Positions 58,803 through 64,000 of a stretch of DNA of 64,000 bases are shown in pieces. The position numbers and the translations under genes are program-made. The stretch comes from an uncultured Desulfobacterales bacterium (GTDB lineage: Bacteria; Desulfobacterota; Desulfobacteria; Desulfobacterales; CAJINA01), in assembly GCA_964647585.1 (NCBI GenBank), contig CAZYGG010000012.1:4762-68761 (forward strand), written 5' to 3'. Within the stretch, counting starts at the first letter, position 1; each line of letters begins with the position of its first letter. The notes below the pieces were generated by a model. The model saw only the letters and a list, made by a program, of their open reading frames with translations, was not told where the DNA came from and ran no database searches.

Positions 58803-59720
58803 CTAATCATCCAGGCGGTCAAGCATCAGGTCCAACTCCAGAAAATCATCGTCAAGTTTTTTCTTTTCGCTTTTATTTTCCGGTTGAAATATTCTCAGAT
58901 AGCTTTTGATATTCTGCTGAAAGCACCAGTGGAATCGAATCTGTTTCTTTCTGAAGTGGTTGCGAATCCGATTTATTTTCAAAACATCAAACGGGTTGTC
59001 CACGACAACAGCTACCGCATCGTTTTGTACCTTGACAGGGATAAAACTGTTATCGAGCATAAAGTCCAGCCGGGTACTTTTGAAAAGCCCGCCGCTGATT
59101 TTCGTTTCATCATCAATATTGAAAAAAGGAATACCGTACAACCGGTTAAAGGCTTCGATAGCGTTCGCCCTGATGGCTGGCCGGTTTTTGAGCAGGACGT
59201 TCTCTACCGGCATGCCCCTTCGGGTGGCTCTTGCGAGCATGCCGTTGAGCAACTCCGGGTTCACCAGAGTTCTTTCCGTCAAAGCAGTGCATTTGCCATA
59301 TTCCGCAAAGATGTTCATTGGCTGCTTAAAATAGCAGCCAATGAACTTGCCGAGATTTCCGATCATCTGTTCATCGTGCCAGTCAAATCCGCGCCCATCT
59401 TTGCGGTTCACCACCTCGATCATCCCGGTCAGCCGCAGACCGTTTTTCAAAGGCATTCGCAAAAGGTCCCCCGCATTGTGTAACCGTCCGCAGTTTTCAT
59501 CACAGGCCACCCGCTTTATGGCCCCATTGGAACTCCAAACGGACACAAAATAGCCATTGATAGGGTCGCGACAATAAATCCGCAGGCCATCGGCCCTGAA
59601 AAGTTTTTCAAGGCTGTGGCGGGTCTGCTTCATGAAAGCCTTCATAAAAAGCGGTCCGCCAAAGTACTTTTTAACCGGCACTATCCGGTGATACGCAGTA
59701 AACGATTTGATTTCAGCCAT
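58803..59720 (-). CDS. GAF-like domain fused to T2SS-E/PilB N-terminal domain, no ATPase
   Basis: N-half with LRMPLKNG...GMIEVVNRKDG..F (GAF-like); C-half YGIPFF...FIPV......VVVDNPFD (GspE N-domain-like); AGGAG RBS. Confidence 0.65.
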   Translation of the reverse strand: MAEIKSFTAYHRIVPVKKYFGGPLFMKAFMKQTRHSLEKLFRADGLRIYCRDPINGYFVSVWSSNGAIKRVACDENCGRLHNAGDLLRMPLKNGLRLTGMIEVVNRKDGRGFDWHDEQMIGNLGKFIGCYFKQPMNIFAEYGKCTALTERTLVNPELLNGMLARATRRGMPVENVLLKNRPAIRANAIEAFNRLYGIPFFNIDDETKISGGLFKSTRLDFMLDNSFIPVKVQNDAVAVVVDNPFDVLKINRIRNHFRKKQIRFHWCFQQNIKSYLRIFQPENKSEKKKLDDDFLELDLMLDRLDD

Positions 59721-59731
59721 GGTTCGCTCCT

Positions 59732-60415
59732 TTACAGCTTGAACCGTTTGAAATAAATCCGCTGTTCCCCGGTTTCGTAAATAACCACACTGGCATTTCT
59801 ACTCTTATTCCTGGGAGCTCCTACGCTGCCAACGTCTATAATGGCACGCCTTTCACCCAGTTCGTAATATGGCTGATCGGGCTCAATGGCCTTTATCTGC
59901 CCGGGCTTCATTTCCATAAAAATCGCCGGCGTATGAGTATGACCGACAAAACAGACCTGTCCTTGCATCACTTCGAAACTCTTGCGCACATCCTGATAAA
60001 CTGAATTACCGTAAGGCTTGCCAATGGTCAGGTAGTACCACTGCTCCGGGCTCACCAGGGAGGCATGCACGAACTCCATCTTTCCGATCGTTATCTGCAG
60101 GGGTAATTGCAGCAGCCAACTTAAGTTTTCCATCGATATATTTTCAAGCGTGTAAGTGATGCCCCGGCAGGCTCTGGCCGAAAAGGTTTTTCGGTATTCG
60201 GTGAACCCCACCACGGCACTGTCGTGGTTACCGGCCACCACCGGACAACCCAGCGCCCGGATCAATTCGCAGCACATGTTGACATCCCGACCATAACCGA
60301 CGATGTCTCCGCATACGACGATACCGTCCACCGCCTCTTTGTCGAGGATCGCCAAAGCCTTTTCCAAGGCCGCCAGGTTGGCGTGGATATCTGAAATTAC
60401 ACCGATTTTTTTCAT
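59732..60415 (-). CDS. Calcineurin-like metallophosphoesterase
   Basis: ISDIHAN, GDIVGYG, GNHD, HAS, FVGHTH and GSVG motifs. Confidence 0.92.
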   Translation of the reverse strand: MKKIGVISDIHANLAALEKALAILDKEAVDGIVVCGDIVGYGRDVNMCCELIRALGCPVVAGNHDSAVVGFTEYRKTFSARACRGITYTLENISMENLSWLLQLPLQITIGKMEFVHASLVSPEQWYYLTIGKPYGNSVYQDVRKSFEVMQGQVCFVGHTHTPAIFMEMKPGQIKAIEPDQPYYELGERRAIIDVGSVGAPRNKSRNASVVIYETGEQRIYFKRFKL

Positions 60416-60608
60416 AATCTCAATTAGTTTTCGGGAATCTTCCGGCTGCGAACTTACCGATGCGAAAACAGCATTCCATCTGCCGCCACCGAAGCGTTCA
60501 GGAAAAATCGACTTCCCCGTAGCAGAAACCAGAAAGGCGGTTTAATCGCGGCAACCGGCTGCCCGCGAAAAAGTTCCCCGGGCAGCTTTTAATGATCCGG
60601 AGTTTTAT

Positions 60609-60754
60609 TAGAAGCTATCTCAAAAAAATCTTTTGGCCCAATCTCGGCGTTGGGCGCGAAATTTAAATCCTCGAAATACTGGAGTATTCCTCCGGTTCAA
60701 ATGTCGCGCCCGCCTTGATCTTGAACCAAAATCCGTATTTTGAGATGGCTTCTA
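60609..60754. mobile_element. TA-ended MITE (family A, copy 6, reverse; minimal full-length form)
   Basis: tagaagctatctcaaaaaaatcttttggcccaatctcggcgttggg...gaaccaaaatccgtattttgagatggcttcta. Confidence 0.9.
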
Positions 60755-60831
60755 GTATAGACGGGGATCGGGCACTTTTGTTTCATAATTGTTGGGCTCG
60801 ACCTACAACGCGGATATCGGCTTACGGACGC

Positions 60832-61110
60832 TCATGGTTTCATCAGAATAATTTCATCCCGGCGCACCATGTTCAATTCCGTCCGGGCAACCCATTCTAT
60901 ATACCGGTCATCGTCGCGCAGCCTCTTGATCAGCCGTCTCAGGTGCAAATTTTGTTTTTCGATGCGCTGGTTTTCGATGAGAATGCGATCCCGGACAGCT
61001 TTTCTGTGGGCCAATTCCACATAACCTTTATCACCGAATATGGCGAACAGGGAAATACCCAAAAATGCGATCAATCCCACAGCTATTACCAGGCAATGTC
61101 TTTCACTCAT
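60832..61110 (-). CDS. FtsB/DivIC septum formation initiator family protein
   Basis: One TM segment, FGDKGY, coiled coil, and IEWVARTELNMVRRDE motif. Confidence 0.8.
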   Translation of the reverse strand: MSERHCLVIAVGLIAFLGISLFAIFGDKGYVELAHRKAVRDRILIENQRIEKQNLHLRRLIKRLRDDDRYIEWVARTELNMVRRDEIILMKP

Positions 61111-61178
61111 GACGTTACTCCGGAGGTATGATCCGGCCACCGATGTTCTGGAAAATAGAACGAAGGGGCCAAAATTTT

Positions 61179-61616
61179 TTACCGTTTTCTCCCGCCCTTC
61201 TTAAATTGATCATGTTCTTGATCGATCTTCCGATATATCTCTTTACGAAAGTGGGTGGGCAGCTCATCCAGTTTAAGGATGGCGTCCATCGCTTCAGGAT
61301 TTTTCTTGATGGCCGCTTTCACCCTGGGCGGTGTCCGGCCGATATTTCTGTAGAGATCATCAATATTCAAATTCAGCCGGGTGGCATAGAATCCCAGAAG
61401 GGTACCAAGGTTTTTTTCGGTAATCTTGCGGTCCCCATGTTCCCAATCATGAACGGCACTGTGCGATATCGTAATCGCCTTTCTTTTAAACAATTCGGCC
61501 ACATCCCGGTACGTCAGCTCCGCTTCAATGCGTAGCTTCCCGAGAGTAGTTCGTTCTTTTATCTTAAGCGAAATTTCTGACTCCTTGGAGCCCTTGGAAT
61601 ACTTTTTCGGTGCCAT
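61179..61616 (-). CDS. XRE-family helix-turn-helix protein
   Basis: LGKLRIEAELTYRDVA...ISHSAVHDWEHG.RK pattern. Confidence 0.78.
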   Translation of the reverse strand: MAPKKYSKGSKESEISLKIKERTTLGKLRIEAELTYRDVAELFKRKAITISHSAVHDWEHGDRKITEKNLGTLLGFYATRLNLNIDDLYRNIGRTPPRVKAAIKKNPEAMDAILKLDELPTHFRKEIYRKIDQEHDQFKKGGRKR

Positions 61617-61803
61617 TAAGATATCCGTTCTATAATTTAGAACACGCGATGCTGAATTTTACAAGTCTTTTCTTCCGTAAACTCCTTTTTTCATACATCA
61701 AATCTGTATTTTTGTAAATAATTTAAGACTATTAGTGCTGGCAACACCTGCAAAGAGCTTACGATTGACCTCAAATGATAATATTGGCATTAATTTCAAA
61801 ATG

Positions 61804-62430
61804 TTATAAAAGCCAACCACCTCTGGTGTAAAGACGAAAAGTAAAAACGCCATTGTCAGATCTAAAACCTGGGGGGCCGGTAAGACCGGAAAAATATTTC
61901 TCGGGGACAGGGATCATCAGGCGGGATCGATCGGCAGACACAATGATCCGGTATTCATTTCGCGAGGATTTCTCTATCTCCGCCTGGAGTGAATGTTGCC
62001 TTCCGTCCCTGGCGGAAGGTATACTTTCATTTTGGCCTACACGCTGTCTGCTTAAAATAGTATAGCCGCCACTACCGCACTCAACATGTCGCGCCCTGCC
62101 CGGGTTCCGTTTGATGGAAACCACGATCTCTTCCACTGGCTCGATACGCCACATGACATAGCACAGATTGCAGGAGTCCATTGCCAGGAGCTTCAATCCA
62201 ATCTGGGTGACAATTCGTCCTGAATTGAGGGGCGCCGTATCACGGGAAACACCGCCATATTCAAAACAAATACACTCGGCCTGGGTCAGGCCATGCCTCT
62301 CGACTCGCTGAATAGACCGCGCCTTGGGGCCGTGCACCGATAGAAACCCATCGGATCGCTCAGTAACGGTTCCAAGCGTTACGTCTAAATCTGGAAGACA
62401 AACAACTCTGAACTGGCCATCAGTTGCCAT
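61804..62430 (-). CDS. Hypothetical beta-rich protein with four Cys
   Basis: 208 aa ORF overlapping the S24/S26 gene; QIGLKL.A.DSCNL.YVMWRIEP core; function unknown. Confidence 0.7.
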   Translation of the reverse strand: MATDGQFRVVCLPDLDVTLGTVTERSDGFLSVHGPKARSIQRVERHGLTQAECICFEYGGVSRDTAPLNSGRIVTQIGLKLLAMDSCNLCYVMWRIEPVEEIVVSIKRNPGRARHVECGSGGYTILSRQRVGQNESIPSARDGRQHSLQAEIEKSSRNEYRIIVSADRSRLMIPVPEKYFSGLTGPPGFRSDNGVFTFRLYTRGGWLL

Positions 62431-62728
62431 CTATAGAAACAACCTTTCCAATTATCGCCTCGCCATCCGCCCAGCCATTTATCTTACCCAGGTTATTCCC
62501 AATGAGCAGGCGGCCATCTCTTTTACGCAGGACCAAATGAAGGATATAGTTGCATTCCTTCCATTGCACAAAAACAACGTCACCGGGTATAATGGTCTCA
62601 TAGTCAGCTTTAACTATAGTTACCCGCTGCCCGCTCTCGATACATCCCCGCATGGAGTCGCCCGAAGGTCTTACCCTGACTTCCCCGTGCCGGGCTATCC
62701 CTTCAATTGCCGCTTTCACCCAGGACAT
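62420..62728 (-). CDS. Small S24/S26-fold peptidase-like protein
   Basis: GDSMRGCI (Ser), PGDVVF, ILHLV (His) and GKV pattern; no TM anchor. Confidence 0.72.
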   Translation of the reverse strand: MSWVKAAIEGIARHGEVRVRPSGDSMRGCIESGQRVTIVKADYETIIPGDVVFVQWKECNYILHLVLRKRDGRLLIGNNLGKINGWADGEAIIGKVVSIDGN

Positions 62729-62735
62729 ATCAATA

Positions 62736-63269
62736 TTATCTCCGGTCTATGCTTTTTTTATGGTCGCGCCATTTTTGGTAAGCCGCAGCCATTTCTTTTG
62801 CCGCTATTTCCGGGGCCACCCGGCCGGTTCCCGTGGCAAGCCCAGGGCAGTAAACCTTCTCGACAACATCCCGGTTTGCGTAGGCTGTTTTCAAAATCGC
62901 GCTCATGGCAAAAAAGCAATTGCTGCTTCGAACCGGCTCCGGCAGAAACATCGTCGGGGCGGATATCATGTAGGGTATCCGCTGGTGCCCGGTGCGGACA
63001 AGTACAGCTGCACCCACCGGCAAAAAGCCTTCGGGCCTTTGGGCAATGCACTCTTGGATCTCCGTCTGAGGGCGCAGGCCGAAAAAATCCGTATACTGCC
63101 GATCTATCCCACCATCCATAAAGCCGTAGCTGTTGGCCGGCGAGACAATTGTGTTTCCGGCGACCTTCAGGATGTCCGCCTCCAGTACATGAACCTCAGA
63201 AATACCAGCAAAGGCCGCCGCCCATGCCTCAACAAGTAACGGATCCACATCTACCAAAAATAATTTCAC
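62736..63269 (-). CDS. Macrodomain (ADP-ribose binding/hydrolase) protein
   Basis: ADI, VSPANSYGFMDGGID, APTM and PGLATGTG macrodomain motifs. Confidence 0.9.
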   Translation of the reverse strand: MKLFLVDVDPLLVEAWAAAFAGISEVHVLEADILKVAGNTIVSPANSYGFMDGGIDRQYTDFFGLRPQTEIQECIAQRPEGFLPVGAAVLVRTGHQRIPYMISAPTMFLPEPVRSSNCFFAMSAILKTAYANRDVVEKVYCPGLATGTGRVAPEIAAKEMAAAYQKWRDHKKSIDRR

Positions 63270-63628
63270 TCTGCCTCCATCTCAATTTTCAACTGCACAC
63301 GCTTGAAAGTCTCCATACCATACAGCTTGATGAGGTCCGCATCTTGCCTGTCATAGTCTTCCAGTTTCAGCAAAACCGGTTCACCATAGAAGGCCCAGTC
63401 ATCCGGTAACTCACCCCCGGTGTCTTCCCGGATATGTTGTTCCGACGGACCCCGCGCCCTTTCCCCCAACTGTTTCACAGCGAGTTCAACCCCCAGGCGA
63501 TGGTGCAAAAGCCGCCTGTGTGCGAAACCACGATATTTCGCCGAATATTGATCAAGATATTCATGCACCGCATAGAACTGTTTGCCAAAGGTCTTAAAGC
63601 TTGAATCGGCATGTTGGGCTATATACAT
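63266..63628 (-). CDS. DUF6915-like His-rich protein
   Basis: Start refined to MYIAQHA (GAGG RBS); H..SS...FG...VHE.LD, HRRLLHH..G and EQHIRED.G pattern. Confidence 0.65.
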   Translation of the reverse strand: MYIAQHADSSFKTFGKQFYAVHEYLDQYSAKYRGFAHRRLLHHRLGVELAVKQLGERARGPSEQHIREDTGGELPDDWAFYGEPVLLKLEDYDRQDADLIKLYGMETFKRVQLKIEMEAE

Positions 63629-63657
63629 TGTCAGGTCCTCAATTGTGAATTCCCCGG

Positions 63658-64000
63658 TTAGATCTGTGATACCACATGCCATTTACCAACCCCCATATCG
63701 ATGTTCATCGCATTCAAGGCGGCCATAAACTCCCCGGCTTTTTCCGGTATCCAGGCATGTGAGATCCTGCAAGCCGGGGCAGCAACGCGGGTATAGTCAA
63801 TCGATTTGCGAATTGATTCAATCTCAACTTTTTTGGAAGGCGTCCACTCCACAACCAATTCATCAAACAGGCCACTCAGGGCAAACGGGGTTGCCCCGAT
63901 GGTTTTTGTATCCCAGACACGGGACGCGGCGGCATTTGCAGCCAGCCAGGCATCCGGGCACTCGTTTTTAATGGCGAGCACGGCCTGCGCCAGGGCCTCA
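63658..64000 (-). CDS. Hypothetical protein, C-terminal part (5' end beyond window)
   Basis: Open frame runs to the window edge: EALAQAVLAIKNECPDAW...VSQI*. Confidence 0.65.
   Translation of the reverse strand, partial: EALAQAVLAIKNECPDAWLAANAAASRVWDTKTIGATPFALSGLFDELVVEWTPSKKVEIESIRKSIDYTRVAAPACRISHAWIPEKAGEFMAALNAMNIDMGVGKWHVVSQI

Noticed and set aside
1-64000. tRNA, rRNA, integrase or transposase genes
   Set aside because: No cloverleaf/T-arm consensus, rRNA-like stretch, or DDE/tyrosine/serine recombinase motif recognised by eye; a tRNAscan-SE run would be decisive for tRNAs.

Overview
Bacterial chromosomal segment with no rRNA, tRNA or CRISPR array. Gene content (NfnAB, an ORP-like NifX/P-loop ATPase cluster, AbfD paralogs, a core methionine synthase) points to an anaerobe, most likely a Desulfobacterales-type sulfate reducer; this is inferred from gene families, not from a search. 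Layout: (1) 1-12.9 kb, a minus-strand CoA-dependent catabolic cluster with two 4-hydroxybutyryl-CoA dehydratase/HpaB-family genes, a TRAP transporter, a CoA ligase, an SDR and a TetR-SDR fusion. (2) 13.7-19 kb, flavoprotein, GltS symporter, sphingosine-phosphate-lyase-like PLP enzyme and TetR. (3) 19-24.5 kb, an orange-protein-like metal-cluster locus with a repeated TATG-N2-CATA box. (4) 24.7-38.8 kb, mostly housekeeping: CCC transporter, stand-alone NrdD glycyl-radical domain, lnt, prfB, nfnAB, tatD, dnaK. (5) 38.8-39.8 kb, a DUF559 nuclease gene bracketed by two homologous doublets of a 33-bp palindrome, with a gene-less doublet at 32.7 kb. (6) 40-61 kb, MoxR/VWA, envelope and metabolic genes, a candidate 162-nt structured ncRNA, and kinase/phosphoesterase genes. 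(7) 61-64 kb, an accessory macrodomain operon. Many intergenic gaps hold one of several families of palindromic, MITE-like or heptamer-array repeats, some nested inside each other. Best candidates for undescribed biology: the DUF559/palindrome-doublet cassette, the nested repeat elements, the ncRNA, the autonomous glycyl-radical protein and the TetR-SDR fusion.
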